Below are positions 44,105-56,329 of a stretch of 64,000 bases of DNA, one piece after another; within the stretch, counting starts at the first letter, position 1, and each line of letters opens with the position of its first letter. A program made the position numbers and the translations under genes. The notes beneath the pieces were generated by a model, which worked only from the letters and a program-made list of their open reading frames with translations, did no database searches and was not told the DNA's origin. This stretch comes from Octopus vulgaris. Lineage: Eukaryota. Location: positions 114,762,001 to 114,826,000 of the forward strand of contig OX597822.1 of assembly GCA_951406725.2 (NCBI GenBank), written 5' to 3'.

Positions 44105-44474
44105 CAATCAAATTACAAGTTCAGCTTTATACCTGTAATACCTGGGATATGTAACACATTGCCTAAATACCAATTTTGAGTAATTAGGCTACTCAAAAAC
44201 CAGAAAGGAGAAAGTTGATTCGAAGTCTAAAGATCCAATCCATCACGGGAACTGTAAAAGTCTGTAAAACTTTCCTGAAGTTTATCATTTAAATATATAT
44301 GAGCATACAACTATATGCACGAAAATACATACATAAAGCAAAACATGCAAATTTGCGCATATACGTAGACACATAGAAAAATACTCTGATGTTGAAATTC
44401 CAGTGAAATAGCCTTGAATCTAGGTGAGAAAAAGATTATCTGTTGGTAAGGAATCTTGAAATAAAACTGAATGA
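44105..44474 (+). mobile_element. R4/Dong-like 3'-terminal fragment
   Basis: Homologous to 42510-42913 (agatccaatccat...ggaactgtaaaa.tctgtaaaact...gaaataaaa.tgaa..tga), followed by (TACA)n. Confidence 0.8.
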
Positions 44475-44757
44475 CATAGACACACATTCATACATACATA
44501 CATACATACATACATACATACATACATACATACATACATACATACATACATACATACATACATACATACATGCATACATACATACATACATACATACATA
44601 CATACATACTTACATACATACTTACATACATACATACATACATACATGCATACATACATACATACATACATACATACATACATACATACATACATACATA
44701 CATACTTACATACATACATACATACATACATACTTACATACATACATACATACATAC

Positions 44758-44788
<31 letters not shown>

Positions 44789-44801
44789 CTTACATACATA
44801 C

Positions 44802-44832
<31 letters not shown>

Positions 44833-44985
44833 CATACATACATACGTACATACATACATACATATATACATACATACATACATACATATATACATACATA
44901 CATACATACATACATACATACATACATACATACACCCTCACATACATATCGTTCATACATACATACATTCATGCATACATATATA

Positions 44986-45227
44986 CAGGGTTGGCCAAAA
45001 GTCACCTGACAGAAAATCAAAACCATTTAATTCCAAGATTAAAACAAAAAATTATTTCATATGACACTTCGCTAATAAATGGACAAATGTTGAAAAAAAA
45101 CCATGATTTTAACTCACAGCTTCCAATTATTAAACATTCATAATTGGAATGAACAAATAAAATAAAATACTAAATATCTATGGCATTTTCTTAATATTTA
45201 CTGTCGGATGACTTTTGGCCATCTCTG
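44986..45227. mobile_element. Tc1/mariner-type MITE
   Basis: TA-cagggttggccaaaagtcacctgaca ... tgtcggatgacttttggccatctctg-TA. Confidence 0.8.
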
Positions 45228-45647
45228 TATATTCCTACATTCATCCACACATTCATACATATATACTTACATTCTTACATGCATGCATACACATACATAC
45301 ATACATTCCATATATACATACATGAATGTATATATTCCAACATACATACAACATTTATACATAATTATATATTCATACATTCACACATACATACAAGCAT
45401 ACGTATTTACATTTATGGAGACAAACATACGTACCATACATACATACATACATACATACATACATACATACATACATACATACATACATACATACATAGT
45501 CGACTGGCAAAATCTTTTGAGCGTCAGACAGAATTCTTTGCGATAACCCTTCAAGCACTTTGCACTATCGTGAGTTCAAATGCCAACAAGGTTAATGTCA
45601 CTTTTCAGTGTTGATAAAGAGTACCAGTCCAATAGTGGGGTAGCTCC

Positions 45648-45772
45648 CTCTTCTTCTTCTTCTTCTTCTTCTTCTTCTTCTTCTTCTTCTTCTTCTTCTT
45701 CTTCTTCTTCTTCTTCTTCTTCTTCTTCTTCTTCTTCTTCTTCTTCTTCTTCTTCTTCTTCTTCTTCTTCTT
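45648..45772. repeat. (TTC)n microsatellite
   Basis: Direct reading; source of the poly-E, poly-S and poly-R ORF artefacts. Confidence 0.95.
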
Positions 45773-46024
45773 TTCCTTTCATTTCTCCTGACTGTCTGTC
45801 TGCCTGCCCCTTCTCTCTCTTTCTCTCTCTCTCTCACACTCTCTCTCTCTTTCTTTCTCTTCATCTAATAATTTTCTTGAAGATTTAGGTTTATGTCCAA
45901 ACATGAAGAGGAGTGGACTCCAGGATTAAACATGCATGAAACAACTATGATGGAACCCACCACGGCTCTCTCAGGAGTCAAAGACACCACATATCCATCA
46001 AACATATGCATTTTTACATACGTG

Positions 46025-46059
<35 letters not shown>

Positions 46060-46273
46060 ATATATAATCGATAGGTGAATGAATTATCCTATGTTTACCG
46101 TCAACATGGAAAATTCGATGAACCGATACCAGGATAGCAAATTACCGTCAGAGACACGGTTGAAGCGACCTGACCAAGGGTAGAAACTCTGGGTTTATGT
46201 GCAGAAATTTGTGTGTTATATATGAATAAGTAAATGAATGGAGTTGAACGAAGATGTTAACAAAATTCCTTTA

Positions 46274-46352
46274 CTCTCGACATATGTTTCGAAGACAACA
46301 TGGTTTCATTCCAAAGGAATAAACGGTGCAAGATGCAATCTTCTCAGGAAAG
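46274..46352 (-). ncRNA. Hammerhead remnant with a 3-nt core deletion
   Basis: Reverse complement: ctttc-CTGA(---)-gaagat...gtcttc-GAAA-catatg-TC-gagag. Confidence 0.5.
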
Positions 46353-46627
46353 AAAGGGAACTTCTCTCAACAACAAGACAAACAATAATTGCGATGACTG
46401 CCTACATGGTAAACAAAACGATAATAAGTGTTTAAAAAAACCGTTAGTAGAATTGACGTCAAAGTCAGATAGTAGGAAGAGAAGGGTTAAAGGAATAATA
46501 GGTAGGGAACAAGTGGAGAGGGAAGGGTACGTTGATTGAAAGAATGTTCGAAGGATTAGGAAAGAATTTCGCTATTGAAGTGGAGTGCACGTTAAGCTAA
46601 TTGTTCAAACCACAATGACTATCGTAA

Positions 46628-46986
46628 TCATTTATATGAGTAAAAAGTATGTTTCTGCCAGTGTTTACATTTGTACGATTTCTCTATGAGTGTGTTTACA
46701 AGGGGAACCTTAGAGAAAAGAATATGGAAGAGTTCAGAGTTGCAAATGTTACAAAATCTCCTGCCCTTATCAGAAGGAAAGGATACAGACAGTATGAACC
46801 AATCTAACCTAAAATCTATATTATTGTCTTTAAGACGCGAAACTAATTTACTTAGCCCTGTACTATGTCGTTTTTTACTATCCCTGAATGTTGAATAATA
46901 GTTTGAAATTCTCTAGGATAACTGGGAAGTGGACGCACCTATATAGAAGAAAACATCGGTACCGGAAGAAATTCTACACTATTTAC

Positions 46987-46988
<2 letters not shown>
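46628..46988 (-). pseudogene. Penelope-like GIY-YIG C-terminus of a different clade (absent from the ORF track)
   Basis: Manual translation: CRISSGTDVFFYIGASTSQLS*RISNYYSTFRDSKKRHSTGLSKLVSRLKDNNIDFRLDWFIL..FPSDKGRRFCNICNSELFHIL..LVNT..E..YKCKH. The 3' UTR runs to (TA)n at ~46065. Confidence 0.75.
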
Positions 46989-47024
<36 letters not shown>

Positions 47025-47624
47025 GAGAGAGATTATATGAGTACGTGTATGTATACGTATGCGTGACTGTATGCGTATGTATGTGTGTGTGTGTGTGTAT
47101 GAGTGTGTGTTTGTGTGTGTGAGTGTGTGTTTGTGTGTGTGCGTGTGTAAGCAGAAAAGAGAGTAAGAGAAGATATGGATGCAAGTGAGATAGTGATACA
47201 GGGAAGTATGACTCGGAAAAATGAGAAGAATGCTTGTGTATGTGTGCGTGAGTATGAGAGAAAGTGATTCGTGCGTAGACGAGAGAAAACGTGAAAGGGG
47301 AAGAACAAGATAGAATAGAAAGAAGAGATGAATGTGTGCGCTTGTGTGAGTGTATGTAAGAATGAGATTACATGAGCGGGAGAAATGACATTACGTAATT
47401 CAGAACAAAACTTTCGTCAATGACTGACTCTGATTGGTGTCTCTTGTAATCAACCTGGACGTTGCTGCTTTACTGAAGCTATCATAGGGTCACCTTGTAT
47501 CTAAGGAATGAGAAATATATAGTTATGAGCGCCAGCGGTTAGACGTCACTCTAAAATGAATTAAAGTGATACTGTGTCAATCTCTCAAGTCTCGAGGAAT
47601 GACCTGTCAAGAGTATGAGTACAA

Positions 47625-47896
47625 CCGGTGGCTCTCAACCGGGGTCCGTATGGCCCTTGGGGATTCCTACAAGATTTTGCTGTTAAAATTTATGTGCAAT
47701 AAATTGCTTATACTTCAGTAATACACAAAATATTAAAACTTTTTGAATGCATCTACTAACAATATTTAATTATAAAAATACAGTAGGATGTTTGATGTAT
47801 TTTTTTATATGCATTGAATGGCTAAGGAGGTCAAGTACAGCAAAATAGGAAACAAAGATGTCCCATATCTAAAAACAAAATGGTTGACAATTACTG
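47625..47896. mobile_element. hAT-type MITE, opposite orientation to the 7225 copy
   Basis: ccggtggctctcaacc ... ggttgacaattactg, with internal homology (ttttgctgttaaa.tttatgtgcaataaattg). TSD not evident. Confidence 0.65.
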
Positions 47897-48041
47897 TTAT
47901 GGATGAAACCCTCAAAAAGCAAAAACAAAATAAAAAGTAAAACATAATTCAGTGCAATTCAATTCAGTTCAATTTTTATTGGCTCAAAAAGCAAAAGCAA
48001 GGCCATGTAGGGGAACAGAGAGTTATGTACAGGGAGGGTGG

Positions 48042-50900
48042 TCATACAAAGAGTTCAGGCCATTTCTGGTCAAGAGATACTTTGAACCGAGCGGTCGTCG
48101 GCATCTTCACTATCTCGTCCGGCAGCTTATTCCACGGATCCGCAACTCGGACGGGGAAAGCCACTCTCCTTCGATTGAGATGAAATCGTCGCAGACAGAG
48201 CTTTTCGGAGTGACCCCGCAGCCGACGCTCTGGAACAGGAGTGAAGAACAGCTCTTTCGAGAGGTTACACTTTCCGCTTATGATGTTGTGAGCGAGAATG
48301 AGATCACCACGGCGTCGTTGTTTTTCTAGAGAATAAAGGTCGAGCGTCTTCAGCCTTTCTTCATAAGACAAATGCTTGAAACCAAGAACCATGCGGGTAG
48401 CCAGCTTCTGGACTCTTTCGAGATGATGTATGTCTTTGAGGAGATAAGGAGAAGAGGCTTGAATCCCGTACTCCAATATGGGTCTCACCAGCGTGACATA
48501 GAGCGGTAGGAATATGGCTGCTGTGAGCATTCCAAATGACCGTCGAATCAAAAACAGAACTCCGCGTGCTTTGTTGGCAGCATGGACGCATTGGGCCGAA
48601 GGCGAAAAGGAAGAATCCACAAAGATACCCAGGTCCTTTATCTGGTCGGTCTTCTCCAGCAGCAGACGACCCGGCTCGAAATCAAGTTGAGTTGCAGGAG
48701 AAGAGCCAACAGGCAGATGACAGCACTTTGACACGTTCAGACACAGGTCCCATTCGTCTGACCATCTCCAAACTTGGTGGAGGCATCGACGAAGATCATC
48801 TATATCACCGCGAGGAGCGACCAGTTTGACATCGTAGGCAAATAGAAGGGTGTGTTGCGTGAGGTCGTTGGGCAAGTCATTTATGAAGACTAAGAACAAT
48901 AACGGCTCAAGCACTGAACCCTGAGGCACGCCACTGCTCGCACTGGAGACGTCGGACAGCGAACCATTAACTTGGACTTGGAAGGAGCGATCTGAGATGA
49001 AAGGCACCAACCCATCGTATAATATCCGGATGGAAACGATATGCTTGAAGCTTGACAAGTAATAGTCGGTGGTTAACCGTGTCAAAGGCTTTGGCAAAGT
49101 CCAATAAAACGATGTCAACAGCATCACCATCATCCAGGATACGCGTCATCAATTCTTCCATTACCAGTAAGTTGGTTAAGCATGATCTCTTCGGCACGAA
49201 GCCGTGTTGGGAATCAGAGATAGAGGCTGTGCTTTGGAGGTGGAGCAACATACTTTTCTTAAGGATGGTTTCGAACATCCTACTGAATACTGAAGTAAGG
49301 GAAACTGGTCGGTAGTTAAGCGGGTCTTCGCGGCCCCCTTTCTTGAAAATTGGGCAGATTATCACTGTTCTCCAGTCCGCAGGTATAACACCCGTCGCCA
49401 ATGACATAATGTATAGAAGTGTTAAAGGTCCGCAGATGACCGGAGCCAACGCTTTGATAACCTGTGGGTGTATGCCGTCAGGGCCGTGATCCTTGTTGAC
49501 ATCGAGGCCTTGAATAACGCGTTCGACTTCGTCCCGAGTGATGACCAATCTAGGCATTGGAGGTACCGATATATCAAATGGAGTGGGGTCACCACCATCA
49601 ACTTGTTTGAAAATTGCCGTAAAAGCCTCGGCAAATAACTGACTCTGCTGATAAGGATCCTCAATCGATACGCCTGTTGAGTCTACCAACGTTGCAATTT
49701 GGTTGTTCAAGCGGGAATTCCGTTGGACATGGGCAAAGAAGGTTTTTGGATTGCGACTGGCGTTTGCCGCGATTCTGTATTCATATCTGAAGTGTTCTTC
49801 CTTTTCAATTTTCACGGCTTGGTCTCGTTGAGTTTTGTACACCTCAAAAGCTGCAGTCGAATCTTGATTTTTGAATTCAGCCCAAGCAATATCTCTGAAT
49901 CGAAGTTTTCGTTTAACCTTCTTCGTCACCCAGGGCTTGTGTTTCTTCTTCTTGGGAAGCCCAACGGGAACTGCTTGGTCAGTCAACCAGATTGCATATG
50001 CTTTGAGGGACGACCATAGTTCGTCAACTGAGGACATCGTCATCAGGGATCGCCAGTCCAGAAGCGCAGAAGCCTCGGTTAGCATTTCAATAATGATAGC
50101 AGAGAAGACTCTACGTGGCAGCGAAGTAGTCGTGGGTGTAGAAAAAGTTGTGTGCATGTCGAACTTAAAGACCGCGTGATCACTCTTGGCAAGTGGGGCG
50201 CACACAGATAAGCCTGACACTGATCTTGGATAGCGGGAGAAAACCAGATCCAGCATAGATGGCTGCTGCCCAGACCGATGCCTTGTCGGATATTCAACAT
50301 GTTGCGATAGAAAACAATCTTCAGCCACGTCAAGAAGGGCCTGGCCGAACCGGGAAGATGATGTACAAATTGATGCGGGCCAATCGATCGTGGGAGCGTT
50401 GAAGTCTCTTAATATCAAACATTCATGAGAAGATGAAACGAATCTTATCGCTTCGAGTAAATGAGCATCGTCCTGGGGGTCGGCAAGAGGCGGCCTGTAG
50501 ACAGCCAACACGGGCAGGCAAAACTCAGATAGGCTCAGCTTGCAATAGACGGCATCGAATTTTGTTGTTGGTTGAGCATTAGTGGGTAGAATACAGCTGG
50601 ACGGTTTGGGATCAGATTTGACATACACAGCAACACCTCCACCTCGCCTTTTTTCTCTGTCACATCTGAAGAGGGGGTAGCCCTGTAGGTAGATTTCCGA
50701 GTCCTTTACTGCTGGAGTCAGCCAAGTCTCGGTGATAGCTATCACATCTGGGGAATCACGCATGGCCAGTGTAAATAATTCGCTGAACGTTGGAAATAAG
50801 TAGCACGAGATGGTATAGACGATGCTGAGCTGTGAAGTTTGAGGGGCGGGAATTGGGGAACAAGCAGAATAAGGGGTATCAGAGATAGCATCGTTGTCGG
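48042..50900 (-). pseudogene. LINE ORF2 (APE endonuclease plus RT), one frameshift near 48990
   Basis: DVIAITETW, RCDREKRRGGGVAVYV, YRPP, SDH; NYRPVSLTS, LDFAKAFDTVNH, SGVPQGSVLEPLLF. Catalytic FADD reads FAYD and GDFN reads RDFN. Confidence 0.93.
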
Positions 50901-50906
50901 GGGTAT

Positions 50907-51146
50907 CTACTTTACTTCAATTCGCCCTCGATTCACTTTCCCTGTCAGCACTACAGCATGCGACCAGAGGTAGGACTTGATTATTTGTCCATTCTGGATG
51001 CGTAAACCCTTCTCTCCCATCTGTTTTCTCATCTTTAGTTCGAATATTAGGTTCCTCCGACGAATTGTCTCTCTCAGTGAGTATTCCTCGCGAAAACCCA
51101 TATTGGGGTCCCCCCAGGCATGCTTCTGAGCTCTGTTCAGAAGCAT
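50907..51146 (-). CDS. LINE ORF1 C-terminal fragment
   Basis: FREEYSLRETIRRRNLIFELKMRKQMGEKGLRIQNGQIIK resembles CR1/L2 ORF1 C-termini and abuts ORF2. Confidence 0.6.
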   Translation of the reverse strand: MLLNRAQKHAWGDPNMGFREEYSLRETIRRRNLIFELKMRKQMGEKGLRIQNGQIIKSYLWSHAVVLTGKVNRGRIEVK

Positions 51147-51595
51147 GCCTGTGTAATATGACTTCTTATAATGTCTTAAGCTTAGGGTATGGATATACCT
51201 GACTAGATCAGCCCAGATAACAATTATTTATACTGTTGATCTCAGTATTTAACCAATATCCAACCCGAAAGGAGACGAACAAAAGCCATTTGAATCCAAT
51301 GCAGAAAGTTACACAAGTAAATATAACTATTTTGTCCGCTGCAATAACTGTGGCAATTCTTCCAAGGAATCACACATTAAAACAAAGGGGTAAATGTATT
51401 TAAATAACACATTCTTAAATACACACACACACACACACACACACTCACTTACACACACACAGACACACACACATACACACACGCACACTCACCCCCACAC
51501 ACGTACGCACACATACATACACACATATACATCATACACGCACAAAAACATACAAACGCATGTACAAATATAAGCGTATATATATATTTATATGC

Positions 51596-51661
<66 letters not shown>

Positions 51662-51691
51662 ACAAAATAAATTTTCAACCCCTATCTCATT

Positions 51692-51749
<58 letters not shown>

Positions 51750-51750
<1 letters not shown>

Positions 51751-52158
51751 TCTTTTTTTACTCTTTTACTTGTTTCAGTCATTTGACTGCGGCCATGCTG
51801 GAGCACCGCCTTTAGTCGAGCAACTCGACCCCGGGACTTATTCTTTGTAAGCCCAGTACTTATTCTATCGGTCTCTTTTGCCGAACCGCTAAGTGACGGG
51901 ACATAAACACACCAGCATTAGTTGTCAAGCAATGCTAGGGGGACAAACACAGACACACAAACACACACACACACATATATATGTATACATATATACGACA
52001 GGCTTCTTTCAGTTTCCGTCTACCAAATCCACTCACAAGGCATTGGTCGGCCCGGGGCTATAGCAGAAGACACTTGCCCAAGATGCCACGCAGTGGGACT
52101 GGACCCGGAACCATGTGGTTAGTTAGCAAGATACTTACCACACAGCCACTCCTGCGCC

Positions 52159-52159
<1 letters not shown>
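51750..52159 (-). mobile_element. SINE family A, full length and well preserved
   Basis: cttttacttgtttcagtcatttgactgcggccatgctggagcaccgcc ... cttaccacacagccactcctgcgcct. Confidence 0.9.
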
Positions 52160-52193
<34 letters not shown>

Positions 52194-52339
52194 GCATATA
52201 TATGTATATACATACATATATATATATATATGCGTGTGTGTATATATATATATATGTGTGTGCGAGTGTGTGTGTATGTATATATATATGCATATATGAT
52301 ATATACACATATATAATTACACGATTACAAATATATGAG

Positions 52340-52398
<59 letters not shown>

Positions 52399-52439
52399 AA
52401 ACAGAATATGTATGCATACATATACATAGATACAGAAAT

Positions 52440-53230
52440 ATATGGGTGTCTATGTGCATAACGTAAAAACCTATCGACCAGTAAAACTTGTAAAACCCAT
52501 CTACAAATTTTTCACGATTCTCGTAATTGCTTCTCGCATAACAAAGGACTTTTACTTCTGCTTTCCTTCTTCCTACCAAGTTGCCTACCAAAAATGTTGC
52601 AATGTAACAAATGTTTTCCTTACAACAAATTATAGAAAAACCAATGGAACTGAACAACCCAATTCATATTGCTTTCATCGATTTACGAAGGCATTTGATT
52701 GTATGTAACTCGCGTCGATGTAGAAAGCCCTAGAAATTCGTCTTATACATAACTCATTATACCAACCTCCATAAATCTGTGTGTAAAGTTTCACAATTTA
52801 GAATGAAGACTGATGTTAGCGCAAATAGATTTGTGGACATAAGGAAAGATGTTAAGCAAGGAGATAGTTTGGTGTTATCTTAAAAAGTGTATTAGAAAAT
52901 AGCATTAGGTTCCCTATAAGGACTCTGATAATCTCTAAGTTAGGTTTTGTAGATAATATTGCTGCTGCTAATGATAGCTCTGTTACTCTTCGCGATTTCA
53001 CTAATCACTCAGCTACAAATAAAAGAGAAGCAGATACCAGAATTAATCTTGACAAGATTGGGTCGGTGACTACATGTCCTAAGAGGTAACCAAACCTAGG
53101 CTGAACAAACTAGAATTTGTTTATTTATGTTGGGCATAAACTATTAGCTTTAAACATAAATGAAGTTGCTGTCAACCACAGAATTGCAACGGCATAAGCA
53201 GCTTTTCGAGATGAAGATTACCTTTTGAAA
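52440..53230 (+). pseudogene. Decayed RTE-like RT fragment
   Basis: TYRPVKLVKPIYKFFTIL, FID-KAFD remnant, DIRKDVKQGDSL, ISKLGFVDNIA. Confidence 0.65.
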
Positions 53231-54147
53231 CACTAATTGTAATTAATCGAATAGCAATTAATACTTGGTATGACTTTAAACTGCATCCACTGCATCCAGT
53301 ATTGCGGTCCTCGTCCTGGATATCACTTTAAACCGCATCCAGCATTGAGGCCCTTGTCCTAGGTGATTATAAGTAAGTTCTCTGTCATCAATTCACTGCA
53401 AGGAAATTTCACCACCATCAATTCACCGTGAAAAAGTTCACCGCAAAGAATATTTACCGAGAAACTGTATTCAAAATATCTCACCATTAATAGTTAAAAA
53501 GCTATTTTACTGAAACCCCCCCATCCCAGAAAAAAATCGGTGATGTAAATTTTATTCAGGGTTTTGAGTTCTGTAGTAACACATCCACTAATGCTATCAA
53601 GGTCTATTCTGACGCGGAGTCCTAGCTGTGGGTTGATTTGTATGCTATAGAAATAAATAGAAGTACAAACCCTCATTGCTTTCTGAGTGCAGTGGGAAAG
53701 GAAAATGCTAAATGGTGTGGTTGAGCCTTGACAGCAAATCGATGAGTGGAGTCCCTCTGGAGATATAGTGCCGTCTTTGACATCCTTCCAGCAACTCCAG
53801 GATAGGTAGAGCTCTTCACCACCACCACATATCCATCAAATACATACATTTTTACATTAGTATATATATATCAACAATTGAGGGTAAAATTAATTAATCA
53901 ATTTCACCAAGTGTTCAGTATGTAAAAGGACCATTTAAGGCGAATTCAAAATATTACATTATATAATTAGGGCTTAGTAAAATAAATTACTTTGCCACAT
54001 ACTGAACTTAGTAGAAATAGCAGCCAAAAAGAATTTTTTTAGCCATTTCTACTACTTAAAGAAAATTTCTCTCAGATAATGTTTACTCCAGATAGCTCAC
54101 GAAGGTTTGGAGGTAAATACAGAAAAATATCACAAGTACATAGATCG

Positions 54148-54210
54148 TTTGAGTACGTCAACGTTTCAAGATTAGCCAAATAAAATCAGCATTTCTTTCG
54201 TCAGCTCAAA
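54148..54210 (-). ncRNA. Canonical type I hammerhead ribozyme, inverted copy
   Basis: Reverse complement of 54664-54726. Confidence 0.9.
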
Positions 54211-54663
54211 ATTTCTTAATTTGGATTTGGAAACACTAAAAGAAGGAACTTTACCTATCGGCGAACTTGTCGCTTCAGATGAACCAGTTCCAACTGCCAG
54301 TGCCAACAAATTCAATTGTAATATTTTTCTGTATTTACCTCCAAACCTTCGTGAGCTGTCTGGAGTAAACATTATCTGAGAGAAATTTTACATACTGAAC
54401 ACTTGGTGAAATTGATTAATTAATTTTACCCTCAATTGTTGATATTATAATTCATTTCTCTCTGTCATACTGCCTCGGTTCTCGCGGTTAAAATATAATG
54501 TTTGCTAGATAGACCACGTGGGTGGAAGAGGAGTGCAGAAATTTACGCCTGCGCATTTTGAATTTGTTGGTACTGGCAGTTGGAACTGGTTCATCTGAAG
54601 CGACAAGTTCGCCGATAGGTAAAGTTCCTTCTTTTTAGTGTTTCCAAATCCAAATTAAGAAAT

Positions 54664-54726
54664 TTTGAGCTGACGAAAGAAATGCTGATTTTATTTGGCT
54701 AATCTTGAAACGTTGACGTACTCAAA
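54664..54726 (+). ncRNA. Canonical type I hammerhead ribozyme
   Basis: tttgag-CTGACGA-aaga(22 nt)tctt-GAAA-cgttgacg-TA-ctcaaa. Perfect core, GUA site ending at 54720. Confidence 0.9.
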
Positions 54727-54929
54727 CGATCTATGTACTTGTGATATTTTTCTGTATTTACCTCCAAACCTTCGTGAGCTGTCTGGAGTAAACATTATCT
54801 GAGAGAAATTTTCTTTAAGTAGTAGAAATGGCTAAAAAAATTCTTTTTGGCTGCTATTTCTACTAAGTTCAGTATGTGGCAAAGTAATTTATTTTACTAA
54901 GCCCTAATTATATAATGTTATATATATAT

Positions 54930-55854
54930 AGAAAATAGTAAAAAGTGAAAAATCTACAGAAGACTTGTTTTAAAAGGTTAAAAAATATATATTTGAGTCA
55001 ATATGTTTGAAGAATATTATAAATTTTTTTCCTTACAATGACATAATTTAGAAGAAAGACCGGTTTCGCGTTTAGCTTTTCAAATTTCTTACGTCGTTAT
55101 GTTTATGTTGAGCAGAGTTATCGTTATGTTTATGTTGAAAAGAGTTCTAAATAAAGGGAGGTAATGAGTGATTTCTTCCGGTGTAAGGGAGATAATCGCT
55201 TAAAATTTTTTGCCTTTCCCTTGGTGTGAATTTCTCTGTATCAGTATGTTGGAATGGTCAAGTCTGGGCTTGTACTTTTCAATGAAGAATGTTTCCTTGT
55301 TTAGTCTAATTTGTGTTGATGATCCGATAGCACATTGGTAAAATGGAAAGATTAAAAATTGTGGTAGTAGAAATGCGCAAAGCAACTACTACCACAATTT
55401 TTAATCTTTCCATTTTACCAATGTGCTATCGGATCATCAACACAAATTAGACTAAACAAGGAAATATTCTTCATTGAAAAGTACAAGCCCAGACTTAACC
55501 ATTCCAACATACTGATACAGAGAAATTCACACCAAGGGAAAGGCAAAAAATTTAAGCGATTATCTCCCTTACACCGGAAGAAATCACTCATTACCTCCCT
55601 TATTTAGAACTCTTTTCAACATAAACATAACGATAACTCTGCTCAACATAAAAATAACGACGTAAGAAATTTGAAAAGCTAAACGCGAAACCGGTCTTTC
55701 TTCTAAACTGTCATTGTAAGGAAAAAAATTTATAATATTCTTCAGACATATTGACTCAAATATATATTTTTTAACCATTTAGCCTTCTGTAGTTTTTTCA
55801 CTTTTACTATTTTCTATGTATTCAACCACGTGCTTTCACAAACCAACTTTCTTA

Positions 55855-55857
<3 letters not shown>
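54930..55857. mobile_element. Head-to-head inverted pair of Penelope 3' ends (same family as 3244-4500)
   Basis: Arms ~54930-55370 (-) and ~55369-55857 (+) both encode LLPQFLIFPFYQCAIG..IRLNKE.FFIEKYKPRL. Hammerheads at 55052-55090 (-) and 55664-55702 (+). Confidence 0.9.
55664..55702 (+). ncRNA. Minimal hammerhead, U3-A8 variant (mirror copy at 55052-55090, -)
   Basis: aagaaa-t-TTGAAAA-gc taaac gc-GAAA-ccgg-TC-tttctt. Confidence 0.65.
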
Positions 55858-55909
<52 letters not shown>

Positions 55910-55911
<2 letters not shown>

Positions 55912-56329
55912 TCGGGGTGAGTACTTGATAATTATAAGCACCTGTGTATACCGTTTGGTGGTGTAGGTGGTGGAGTAAATTGATCAAAATAAAAACATGA
56001 TGCCAAGGATTCTGCGGTACATATGTTTCGGGCCTTTATTAGACAGATTTATAACAATGCATCTCTTTCTTCTCTCAATGTAGAATCATTGAGAGAAGAA
56101 AGAGATGGACGCTTCAACTCTATGCTGTTGCCGCATTATGTCGTACGCGAATGAGAGGATTTGCACCCCCAACCAAGAACTTTTGATGTAACACATGTCC
56201 TTGTGGAAGCTGTTGTGCGCGGCTGAAGAAGGCCACAGACATATATTATGCATTGTTATAAATCTGTCTAATAAATGCCCGAAACATATGTACCGCTGAA
56301 TCCTTGGCATCATGTTTTTATTTTGATCA

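Larger units (their letters stand above)
47947..51150 (-). mobile_element. CR1-group LINE with ORF1 tail, complete but frameshifted ORF2, and (TTGAA)n-like tail
   Basis: ORF1 C-terminus 50907-51146, EN-RT 48042-50900, tail aattcagtgcaattcaattcagttcaatt on the plus strand. Confidence 0.93.
53866..54918 (+). mobile_element. Non-autonomous hammerhead-bearing element: inverted copy plus tandem unit
   Basis: 53866-54315 is the reverse complement of the unit. 54316-54390 is directly repeated at 54739 (offset 423). The middle copy lacks 138 nt between aaaa microhomologies. No ORF, TA-flanked. Confidence 0.85.

Noticed and set aside
53928-54065. 138-nt deletion in the middle repeat copy as a spliced intron
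   Set aside because: The junction retains the GT and is explained by aaaa microhomology, not exact GT-AG excision.
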